Source: Candidatus Gottesmanbacteria bacterium
GTDB taxonomy: Bacteria; Patescibacteriota; Microgenomatia; UBA10105; UBA927
Assembly: GCA_016214885.1 (NCBI GenBank)
Contig: JACRMP010000005.1
Span: 134,725-198,724 of the forward strand
Direction: 5' to 3'
Length of the DNA: 64,000 bases
The position numbers and the translations under genes were made by a program. Under the pieces are notes generated by a model, which was not told where the DNA came from, ran no database searches, and saw nothing but the letters and a program-made list of their open reading frames with translations. Positions 25,604 through 34,166 of this stretch are shown one piece after another; position 1 is the stretch's first letter, and every line of letters starts with the position of its first letter.

Positions 25604-26266
25604 ATGGCCGAACCAATTACTCCAATCAGAGACTCAACGCAAATGTTTACTGAAATCGTGGCAGTGGATCACGACCTTGTCTTGTTCCGCGACGGATCGG
25701 TTGCCCTTGTCATTGCTACTACCGCGGTAAATTTTGGGTTGCTTTCTGAAAAGGAACAGGACGCGATCATCTATTCCTATGCAGGGCTTCTTAACTCATT
25801 GTCATTTCCCATACAAATCCTTATTCAGACAAAACACAAAGACATTTCCGCCTACCTTAAGCTCCTTGAGGATCAGGAGTCGCGGCAAACGAACCCCAAG
25901 CTGACCCGCAACATTCACAGTTACCGGCTCTTTGTAGCTTCTATGGTAAAGGAAAAAGATGTTTTGGATAAAAAGTTTTATATCGTTATACCTTTTTCAA
26001 GCATTGAGCTTGGGGTGTCTTCATCGCTCTTGTTTAGTCCGAAAAAATCAGGCCTCCCGTACGAAAAGTCATATATCTTTGACAAGGCGCAACTGGTGCT
26101 GGTGCCCAAACGTGATCATATTTTGCGCTTACTGGCGAGGGTGGGTCTTAAGGCCACACAACTGTCTTCCGATGCGCTCGTAAATCTGTTTTTCAGCATG
26201 TATAACCCGGGAAGCCCCGCCCCAGATGTCACCCGGCTGTTTCCGGGAAAGGAGCCGCATGAGTAA
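25604..26266 (+). CDS. TraC/VirB4 N-terminal-like T4SS accessory protein
   Basis: STQ...AVNFGLLSEKEQDAIIYSYAGLLNSLSFPIQI...KKFYIVIPF; lies between prgI and virB4. Confidence 0.75.
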   Translation: MAEPITPIRDSTQMFTEIVAVDHDLVLFRDGSVALVIATTAVNFGLLSEKEQDAIIYSYAGLLNSLSFPIQILIQTKHKDISAYLKLLEDQESRQTNPKLTRNIHSYRLFVASMVKEKDVLDKKFYIVIPFSSIELGVSSSLLFSPKKSGLPYEKSYIFDKAQLVLVPKRDHILRLLARVGLKATQLSSDALVNLFFSMYNPGSPAPDVTRLFPGKEPHE

Positions 26267-28190
26267 ACCATTTAATCTAACGACATTTGTAAGCGGATTT
26301 ATGAATCCGGTAAAGCCGGGTTTGTCTTCACCGCGGCAATCAGGGCAACCGCTCGTCGTTACCGACATTATTGCTCCTCCCGCAATCGAGGTGGATTTTG
26401 ATCTTCTGAAGATCGGCGACTGGTACTATAGATCGCTTTTTGTCGCCGGATATCCTCGCTTTGTATCAGCAAACTGGCTTGAGCCGCTGGTTTCTTTTAA
26501 CCACACGCTCGATATATCAATGTATATCTATCCCACCCGGAGCGAAGAAATATTAGAAAACCTGAAGCGAAAAGTGGGAGAAATGGAAGCGACCATCCAA
26601 TCGGATCTCAAACGCGGCCGCGTTATTGAGCCGTCAGTGCAGGTGGCTCTGGAAGATGCATTGGCACTGCAACAGGAGTTGGCAAAAGGATCAGAGCGGT
26701 TTTTCCAATTCGGCCTTTATGTAACAATTCCCGCAAAAACCCGTGAGGATCTGGATAAAACAACCAAATCCGTTGAGGCAACGCTCGGAAGCTTACTTAT
26801 CGTCACCAAAAAATCCATCCTCCAGATGGAAGAGGGGCTCAAAACCACGCTTCCCATGGGACGAGACAGATTACTGGTCACCCGCAACATGGACACCACG
26901 TCGCTCGCAACCACGTTTCCGTTTACGACCAGCGAACTTACTGCCAACGAAGGAATTCTCTATGGCCTTAATGAACACAATGATTCGCTTATTATCTTCG
27001 ACCGATTCACTCTCGAAAACGCAAACTCTGTCGTGTTCGGCAAATCAGGAGGCGGAAAAAGCTACATGGTCAAACTGGAGATCATGCGGAGCCTCATGTT
27101 CGATACTGAAGTTATAGTCATCGACCCTGAAAATGAATATGAGGCGCTTACCCACACACTTGGAGGGGAATATATCCGGTTCCGTTTCGGCTCCAACACA
27201 AAACTCAACCCATTTGATCTGGCCCTACTCGGCAATGACGGAGCCTCACAAAGCGAACTCAGCCAAAAAGTATTGTCGTTACACGGGTTTTTCCGTGTGG
27301 TTATGGGCAAACTTACCCCGACAGAAGACGCGTTGCTTGATAGAGCGCTCATCCTTACCTATAAGCAAAAGGGTATTACTCCCGACCCAACTACCCACAG
27401 CAAAGAGCCGCCGCTCATGGAGGATCTTTATAAAACACTGGTGGGAATGGAAGAGCTCCTTGCGAAGGGGCTTGCCGACCGTATCGAAAAATTTGTCAAA
27501 GGAAGCTTGGTGGGCATATTTGACCAGCAAACAAATATAGAAATCAGAAACCAGCTAACTGTGTTTTCCATCCGCGACCTTGAGGACGAGCTCAGACCGA
27601 TTGCCATGTATCTTATTTTGGATTACATCTGGAACAAAATACGGCACAACAAAAAACGGCGCCTGCTTATTGTTGACGAGGCCTGGTACATGATGAAATA
27701 CCCTGATTCGGCACAATTTTTATACGGTATTGCGAAACGTGCAAGAAAATACTACCTTGGCTTGACTACCATAACCCAGGACGTCGAGGATTTTATGGCA
27801 ACGGAAATGGGCAAGGCCATTATTCAAAATAGCAGCATGCAGATACTTCTCAAACAATCCTCTGCTGCCATAGATACCATTGCTCAGGTGTTTTACCTTT
27901 CGGAAGGAGAAAAGCACCTGCTTCTTGCCGCCGATGTCGGTCAGGGATTGTTTTTTGCGGGACCCGCTCATGCCGCCATGCGGGTTATTGCAAGTCCCGA
28001 AGAGCACGCGGTTGCCACCACCAAGCCACAGGAGGCGCTCAAGGCTAAACCCACCGTTCAAAACACACAACCCGTTCATCCCTCCGAAGCCATGCCCGCT
28101 CCGCAGCAAAACGCGGCGCCCACTACCCCGCCGCCCTCCAACCGGCCGATTTTCACCGTAGAAACAGTAGACACTAAGCCGACGCCGTAA
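26259..28190 (+). CDS. virB4: VirB4-like T4SS ATPase
   Basis: ENANSVVFGKSGGGKS, IDPENEY, LNPFD, IVDEAW, KRARKY, ITQDVEDF. Start 26259 after AGGAG. Confidence 0.92.
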   Translation: MSKPFNLTTFVSGFMNPVKPGLSSPRQSGQPLVVTDIIAPPAIEVDFDLLKIGDWYYRSLFVAGYPRFVSANWLEPLVSFNHTLDISMYIYPTRSEEILENLKRKVGEMEATIQSDLKRGRVIEPSVQVALEDALALQQELAKGSERFFQFGLYVTIPAKTREDLDKTTKSVEATLGSLLIVTKKSILQMEEGLKTTLPMGRDRLLVTRNMDTTSLATTFPFTTSELTANEGILYGLNEHNDSLIIFDRFTLENANSVVFGKSGGGKSYMVKLEIMRSLMFDTEVIVIDPENEYEALTHTLGGEYIRFRFGSNTKLNPFDLALLGNDGASQSELSQKVLSLHGFFRVVMGKLTPTEDALLDRALILTYKQKGITPDPTTHSKEPPLMEDLYKTLVGMEELLAKGLADRIEKFVKGSLVGIFDQQTNIEIRNQLTVFSIRDLEDELRPIAMYLILDYIWNKIRHNKKRRLLIVDEAWYMMKYPDSAQFLYGIAKRARKYYLGLTTITQDVEDFMATEMGKAIIQNSSMQILLKQSSAAIDTIAQVFYLSEGEKHLLLAADVGQGLFFAGPAHAAMRVIASPEEHAVATTKPQEALKAKPTVQNTQPVHPSEAMPAPQQNAAPTTPPPSNRPIFTVETVDTKPTP

Positions 28191-28194
28191 CCCT

Positions 28195-30375
28195 ATGACA
28201 GACACGCCACAGACACTGCGCGAGTTTGCCCAAAACCTGCTATCGGATTTATCAAGCGGAGCAATCACTGTTCATGAGGCGTACGCAGCGGCCAACCAAT
28301 ACGCATACCTCCGTCAGGAACTCACCGGCGCATCGCTTACCCTCAGTGAGGCGGCGGCGCTCGGTGATGAAGAGCTCGTCCAAGCATTTACCAGTATCCT
28401 CTCTGAAACGGTAAAAAAGCTGTCAGAGTTACCGAACTTTCAAACACAACAACCAGACGCAGTTGAAACGGAGAAAAACATCCGGGACGTGGCGGCTTTA
28501 CAAAAAACAGCCACAACCCGCATACGGGAGTCAGAAAAAAATAAACCGGATAAAAATAAGCGAAGAGCGTTTGTTCATTCGTTGGTTGACCGCTTCAGCT
28601 CTACCATACCCGCGCTCACCGAGCGTCAGATTGACCGCCTGATAGAAAAGTCCTCGGTAACGGCCGCGCGGGCAACGCCTACCGATCAACAGTCGCGGTT
28701 TACCCAACAGCTCGCTGATTCTATAGAAAGCCTTGCCGGTGATATACCCGATGACCAAAAAAGAAATATAGATACGGTTATCCGAGCCGCCGTTGCAGAA
28801 CAGAAAGACGTTGTTAACACACAGATCGCCGGCGCCAGACGGGAACTGGCCGTATATGCTGCGCTTTTCGGCGTCACTGAACTCAAGCGACCGGATGTGT
28901 TTGCCGACGTTATACTTAACGCCCCGCAATCAGAACAGTTGGATGTGTCATTAACCCGCGCAGAAAAACTTGCCCGCGTTGCACAGGCTCTGGAAGAATC
29001 CAGCAATTCCCGTGGTGGCAAACTGCAATTTTTCTCGGCTAACGGAGCTAAGGGAGTTGCCGGCGGATTGCAAAAAGGCGCTGATGGCATCCTTTCACTT
29101 ATCGGGGAGCCGGCTCGGGAAATGCTTCTCCATGAAAAAGTAAACGGAACGCTCCGGAATATGCTTACCAGCACTCAACAGTTTGCAGACCGGCTAGGCG
29201 AATCGTTTGTTCATTCTGCGGTGTTTACCCACATTACCCAGGACCTCACCAAGCAACTTGCCCAAAAACCACAGGGCGGTCAGGCGCGGTCTGTTTTTGA
29301 TGACGTATTTTCCTCAGTATTCAGGGGGCCTCTCGCCGCCCCGCTTACCCGCAGCACAAAAAGCGGTATTCTGGATTTTTATGAGCTTGCCCGCGCCAAT
29401 GCAGCAGCCCCGTTAGGAAAAAAGTTTCTCGCTCCCGGCGTACTCCCGTGGGATATTTTCCGCGCGTTTGAACCGGGGGGCATGACTTCCTCTGGAAGCT
29501 ATAAAGGGCCTTCTGCGCGTAAACCATTTCTATCGCTTCTCGGCTTCGGATCGTTTGGGAATTTTTTGGGGGATATGGTAAGCGGGCTCATCGACAAAAC
29601 AACGTCGATGGCGCTCCTTAATCCCAGGCTCCCCGGACAACTTTCTGCCTCCAGAAGAGCGGCCGGCATACCCACCCCCCTTGTCGATGATATGCCCCTC
29701 TTAACGGCCCTTGTTGTTGTAGTAGTACTAGTCCTTCTCTTTCTCCTCCCCTCGCCGCTTAACCTCAATACAATCAACCACAGCTCAAAGGCAAGCGCTC
29801 TTCTGGCTGCTCTTTCAGATGGTCTCCAGACAATAATAAACCCGATCGCCGAAATTATCTGTGTCGGCGAGTGCAAGTGGCCGACATCAGGAACAATAAC
29901 TCAGGGTCCGAACACAAGCTCTTCACATAAAGGTACGATTAAGGAAAGCATAGATATTGGAACTTCGTGCGGCACACCCGTAGTTTCCACGCTTCAGGCC
30001 GGCGCGGTGGTGACGGGGGTATTCAACGAATGTCTCGACGATACCGGATATATCGGGAATAAATGCGGTGGCGGCTGGGGAAATTACGTTGATATTAAAG
30101 GGACAATTAATACGGGCACAGGAAAAGCAACTGCCGTAACGGTGCGGCTTTCACACCTTATGAAAAACAGCATGCCTCCCTCAGGAACAGTTTTACAACA
30201 GGGACAAAAAGTTGGCCAGGTTGATGACAACGGAAACTCCTCTGATTGCCATCTCCACTACGAGGTTAGGAGCGGGGGTCCTATAAACAACGTTCTTCCC
30301 TACCCGGTTCCTTCCTGTACAAGCTCGGCGGCGTGTTGTTCGCAAATGGGTGTAAAATGTAATGTAACTCCATGA
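28195..30375 (+). CDS. Large membrane-anchored protein with C-terminal M23 metallopeptidase domain
   Basis: About 500-aa helical N-region, TM LVVVVVLVLLFLL, then WPTSGTITQGP...SH...SIDI...GTPV...GWGNYV...LSHL...GNSSDCHLHYEV. Confidence 0.82.
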   Translation: MTDTPQTLREFAQNLLSDLSSGAITVHEAYAAANQYAYLRQELTGASLTLSEAAALGDEELVQAFTSILSETVKKLSELPNFQTQQPDAVETEKNIRDVAALQKTATTRIRESEKNKPDKNKRRAFVHSLVDRFSSTIPALTERQIDRLIEKSSVTAARATPTDQQSRFTQQLADSIESLAGDIPDDQKRNIDTVIRAAVAEQKDVVNTQIAGARRELAVYAALFGVTELKRPDVFADVILNAPQSEQLDVSLTRAEKLARVAQALEESSNSRGGKLQFFSANGAKGVAGGLQKGADGILSLIGEPAREMLLHEKVNGTLRNMLTSTQQFADRLGESFVHSAVFTHITQDLTKQLAQKPQGGQARSVFDDVFSSVFRGPLAAPLTRSTKSGILDFYELARANAAAPLGKKFLAPGVLPWDIFRAFEPGGMTSSGSYKGPSARKPFLSLLGFGSFGNFLGDMVSGLIDKTTSMALLNPRLPGQLSASRRAAGIPTPLVDDMPLLTALVVVVVLVLLFLLPSPLNLNTINHSSKASALLAALSDGLQTIINPIAEIICVGECKWPTSGTITQGPNTSSSHKGTIKESIDIGTSCGTPVVSTLQAGAVVTGVFNECLDDTGYIGNKCGGGWGNYVDIKGTINTGTGKATAVTVRLSHLMKNSMPPSGTVLQQGQKVGQVDDNGNSSDCHLHYEVRSGGPINNVLPYPVPSCTSSAACCSQMGVKCNVTP

Positions 30376-31340
30376 AAAAAACCCGCGTCATCTTTCTTGC
30401 TTTGTTCATTATATTACTCGTGTCAGCGTGGCTTTTTCTTCCCAAAAAACCCCCGCAGGAAACAACCCCCCCACCAAAACCCACGCTTGTTGGTGATCCG
30501 CCTATTATGGAGTTTGTTCCGGGCGCACCGAAAAATGTCCGCTTTTCTATTGAAAGCGGCGCTACTGTCCGCCTTCCTTCTTTACACCAAACATACGCCG
30601 TCGTACCTCTGGATCCTGAGCCGCTTGCGTATTCGTTTGCGGCGAGAACGGGGTTTACTAACCCCGCCTCTGTTTCCCACGACTCAACAAAAAAAACGGT
30701 TTGGAAATCGGCCACAGGATCCTTGTCATTTACAACAAACGGTCGTATTGGCGCCATCAGTTTTCGAAACGACACGGGCTACCAGGTGACACAAGGATCT
30801 CAGCAACAAGCCGCGGAAGAATATCTCCGGCTTTTGCTGGGAGCAGAAGCAAAAAACTACTCCCTATTTTCACAACAAATCCTTTCCGAATCATCAACAG
30901 AGGGGGGGTCGGCGATTAAAGCAGGTGCTGTAATGTTCCTTTTTTCGTATTCTGTAGGCGGGGTGCCGGTGCTCGTTGCTAATTTTGATCCTGTTTCTGC
31001 TTCGGTTATAGTGGGGAGCGACGGGAAAATATTATATTCTTCAACAACATTCCCCCCAGGGACGCTTTCGCTGCGTTCTAACCAGGCCTCTGTTTCAATT
31101 GAAAATATTGTTGCCAGTCTCAACGCCAACAAGGGAGTGTTGCTATCATCTTATGATGACGCAAGCGACGAGTATGGGGAGGAGCCGGTGTTTTCTGCGG
31201 TAAACATTTCCCGTTCTACAGGAGTTTTATATTATGACTCGGAGGCTTCTTTGCTAATTCCGGGGTTGTTAATCGACGGCACGGGAACATCAGCAACCAA
31301 AAATCAGGTGGTACAGTATTTTATCAGGGCGACCGAATAA
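30372..31340 (+). CDS. Exported hypothetical protein with N-terminal anchor
   Basis: N-terminal TM, Pro-rich linker, beta-rich body; coupled to the M23 gene (ATGA overlap). Confidence 0.75.
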   Translation: MKKTRVIFLALFIILLVSAWLFLPKKPPQETTPPPKPTLVGDPPIMEFVPGAPKNVRFSIESGATVRLPSLHQTYAVVPLDPEPLAYSFAARTGFTNPASVSHDSTKKTVWKSATGSLSFTTNGRIGAISFRNDTGYQVTQGSQQQAAEEYLRLLLGAEAKNYSLFSQQILSESSTEGGSAIKAGAVMFLFSYSVGGVPVLVANFDPVSASVIVGSDGKILYSSTTFPPGTLSLRSNQASVSIENIVASLNANKGVLLSSYDDASDEYGEEPVFSAVNISRSTGVLYYDSEASLLIPGLLIDGTGTSATKNQVVQYFIRATE

Positions 31341-32453
31341 CTATTCGCTTCCACTTACCCGCACCGGCATAATTATATGAAGCGCGTCGTCGTCTTTCAC
31401 GGGACGAAACACGCCGGAATTTAAAGACCCCGTCATTTCAAAAAGGAATTCCTCATCGGGAAAACTAGAAAGAAAATCCAACAAAAAGCGGCTGTTAAAG
31501 GCTATTTCGCCGCCATCGCCGTCAATTTTCGCCCCTAACTCTATGGCGTTTTTCCCTGTTTGAGCGGCGTTTGCAGATACAACAACACGCTGCTTGTCCA
31601 GATTAAGGCGGATAATATTTGCGTTGTCCCGAGCAAAGATTGCTGCAGAACGGACAGCCTGCAAAAACGGCTCTTTTTCGATAAGTGCTCTTGTGGTAAA
31701 TGTTTTTGGAATAATTCTCTCAAAGCTTGGATATTCCCCATCAATAAGCCTCGTTAAAAGGGTTGTGTCCCCCACCACAAACCCCGCTTGATGTTCCCCT
31801 GCCAGCCCCACTTTAATTTCCTTTTCTTCTTTGTCCTCGTTGCTTAATTTAACAACCTCTATAAGTGCTTTAGCAGGAATAATCACTCCGGAAAGACTTT
31901 TGACAGGAAGCACAACTCTCCTAAGTGACAACCTATACCCATCAGTTGCCACAAATAGGGTCTTTTCCCCCTCTTCTACAACCCTTACTCCTGTCAGCAC
32001 GGGCCGGCCTTCGTCAGTTGCTGCTGCAAATAACACGCCAGAAAGAGTTGAACAAAACTTCTCTTTGTCTATTTTTGCCACATCCTTTGATAACAGCTCG
32101 GGTTTTGGAGGAAACTCCGCTGCTCCGACGGTAGGCAGCTCTGCAGTAAATTTCCCGCAAGAAACATGAAGCGCTTCTTCTTTTATTATCAGGTGAACCG
32201 TCTCAGGAGGAAGAGAGGCAACGAGCTCAGTAAGCACCCTGGCAGAAACGCAGACTTCTCCCGATTTTTCCACTTTGCTCCCCACCCAAATAGTTTCGGT
32301 GGTCTCCATGTTTGTTGCCGTTATCTCAAGCCCCTCCTCTGAAGCAACCAGCTTTAGGTTCTGAAGGATTGGTAGTTGTGGGCGTGTGGGAACAACGCGG
32401 GTAATTCTTGTTAACGATTTAAGAAGGTTTTCTTGAAGGACATGTATATTCAT
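31341..32453 (-). CDS. dnaN: DNA polymerase III beta clamp
   Basis: LPILQN, RPVLTGV, VATDGYRL, RLIDGEYP, IAFNSRFLLD, IIMPVR. Confidence 0.97.
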   Translation of the reverse strand: MNIHVLQENLLKSLTRITRVVPTRPQLPILQNLKLVASEEGLEITATNMETTETIWVGSKVEKSGEVCVSARVLTELVASLPPETVHLIIKEEALHVSCGKFTAELPTVGAAEFPPKPELLSKDVAKIDKEKFCSTLSGVLFAAATDEGRPVLTGVRVVEEGEKTLFVATDGYRLSLRRVVLPVKSLSGVIIPAKALIEVVKLSNEDKEEKEIKVGLAGEHQAGFVVGDTTLLTRLIDGEYPSFERIIPKTFTTRALIEKEPFLQAVRSAAIFARDNANIIRLNLDKQRVVVSANAAQTGKNAIELGAKIDGDGGEIAFNSRFLLDFLSSFPDEEFLFEMTGSLNSGVFRPVKDDDALHIIMPVRVSGSE

Positions 32454-32635
32454 ATTAATCTAACCAGTAATAGTAATAGAAGTAACGCGTGGAAAAGTGT
32501 ATGAGTTTTTAGTTTGTGTGTCAACTGCGGGAAAAACCGGGCTTTTTCCTTGTGGAAAAGGCGGAAGAAAAAGCGCAGTAAAACGGGGATATCCTTGTGG
32601 ATAAGAACGGCCTCTTTGTGGATAAGTGGAAAAGC
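32454..32635. other. oriC: Replication origin oriC: DnaA boxes and DnaA-trios
   Basis: Perfect TGTGGATAA at 32596-32604 and 32617-32625; near-matches at 32551-32559, 32488-32496 and 32625-32633; trio run CAG TAA TAG TAA TAG AAG TAA at 32465-32485. Confidence 0.88.
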
Positions 32636-34003
32636 TCATGAGGAGGTGGCCCATAATTTTTGTTTTATCCCCGCAACCGCCGCCCGAAGGGGCTCGTTTG
32701 TGGACAGTTCCTGGGTTATTGTTTCGACCCCATGCATTATCGTAGTGTGATCTCTTCCTCCGAGGCTGCCGCCAATGTCGTCGTACGTAAGGCCAAGCTC
32801 TGTTTTTGCCAAATACATATACACCTGGCGGGGTCTGGCAATAGGCCTGTCTCTTTTGGTGCCCTTAAGCACTGTTGTCTTTATCTCAAAATATGCAGAA
32901 ACGGCATCGAGAAGCTCTTGTGATGAAACCCGTTTTGTGGGCTTGGTTTGAAGGTTGACCAAAGATTTTGTGTTAAGAAGCGAAGAAACAAGGTCGGGGC
33001 TTACCGGCTGTGGGCGGGCAGAAAGTTCTGTGGCGAGTCTCCGGAGGAACCCCTCTATTGCTCTTGTGTCGACGACGTTTGCGGCAATGAGCTGCGCCGC
33101 GTCGCTTGGGACATTTATCCCCAGCGCTTTTGATTTAATATTAACAATAGCCGCCCGGAGCTCAAAGTCCGGGGGAGAAATATCTACAATGAGCCCGCCC
33201 TCAAACCTGCTTCGAAGCCTGTCTTCTAGTCTGGATATTTCGTGAGGGGGTCGGTCTGATGTGAGAAGTACTTGTCCTCCCTCTCTTAATACCGCGTTGA
33301 ACGTGTGAAAAAACTCTTCCTGTGCGGTTTGTTTGCCCGCAATAAACTGTACGTCGTCAACCATGAGAAGTTGGGCGCCGCGGTATTTTTGTTTAAACTG
33401 TCTGGCTGTTTTTGACTGAATTGCCTCGATGATCTCGTTAAGGAATTCTTCGCCCATACAATACACCACCTTTAAAGTAGGTCTAACCATGAGAATGCTA
33501 TTGGCTATCGCGTACATGAGGTGCGTTTTTCCCACCCCCACCCCGCCATAAAGGAACAACGGGTTATATGCTCCCCCCAAGGTTTTTGCTACGGCGGTGG
33601 CGGCGGCGTAGGCTAGCTGATTGGTGGTAGAGACGGCATAATTATCAAAAGTAAGTTCCGGGTTAATATGAAGGCGCTTGGCCTGCATAAGCGCGCTTGT
33701 TTCTGCCTCGACAGGCTGCATAAATAAAGGCCCCGCGTCTGCCCCCTCCTGCTCTTTCTTAGGGAGAACAGTGAACACAAGGCTGGTGTTGCCGTTTGTT
33801 TTATGATCAAGCGTGCTCTTAATAAGACTGTAATACCGTGTTTCCGCGAGCGTTCTCATAATTGGGCTAGGAAAGCCAATTGATGCCACGTCTCCGTTTA
33901 GCGCAACGAGCTCTGAGTGTGCAAAGTGGGTGTGATAAGTAGCCTTCGAGACAGAAAGCTCAATTTCCGCTAATACTGATTTCCAAAGGCGAGTGAGATC
34001 CAT
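32636..34003 (-). CDS. dnaA: Chromosomal replication initiator
   Basis: YNPLFLYGGVGVGKTHL, DDVQF, QEEFFHTFN, RLRSRFEGGL, GGRDHTT. Start 34003 (MDLTRLW). Confidence 0.98.
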   Translation of the reverse strand: MDLTRLWKSVLAEIELSVSKATYHTHFAHSELVALNGDVASIGFPSPIMRTLAETRYYSLIKSTLDHKTNGNTSLVFTVLPKKEQEGADAGPLFMQPVEAETSALMQAKRLHINPELTFDNYAVSTTNQLAYAAATAVAKTLGGAYNPLFLYGGVGVGKTHLMYAIANSILMVRPTLKVVYCMGEEFLNEIIEAIQSKTARQFKQKYRGAQLLMVDDVQFIAGKQTAQEEFFHTFNAVLREGGQVLLTSDRPPHEISRLEDRLRSRFEGGLIVDISPPDFELRAAIVNIKSKALGINVPSDAAQLIAANVVDTRAIEGFLRRLATELSARPQPVSPDLVSSLLNTKSLVNLQTKPTKRVSSQELLDAVSAYFEIKTTVLKGTKRDRPIARPRQVYMYLAKTELGLTYDDIGGSLGGRDHTTIMHGVETITQELSTNEPLRAAVAGIKQKLWATSS

Positions 34004-34084
34004 ATATGAGGGCAAGGAGCAACTCTCCCCGAATCGCTGTTGCTGTTTTTTCCGGCAAGACCCCGGAAGCAAACAAAATTAGTT

Positions 34085-34131
34085 TGGGGATAAGTTGTCC
34101 ACATAGTAAATGCGGGGCAAATAAATGTCAA
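34085..34131 (-). promoter_or_regulatory. dnaA promoter with overlapping DnaA boxes
   Basis: Minus strand TTGACA (34131-34126), 17 nt, TACTAT (34108-34103); one-mismatch DnaA boxes at 34095-34103 and 34085-34093. Confidence 0.75.
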
Positions 34132-34166
34132 GCGGAACGATGGGGCCGCCGTGCTATAGTAAAAGC

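Noticed and set aside
13745-30375. Integrative conjugative element or prophage
   Set aside because: No integrase, relaxase, att repeats or phage structural genes; housekeeping genes are interleaved and the locus adjoins dnaN.
32460-32654. 64-aa and 78-aa ORFs between dnaA and dnaN
   Set aside because: They overlap the DnaA-box cluster; the YPQ repeats are just translated TTATCCACA boxes.
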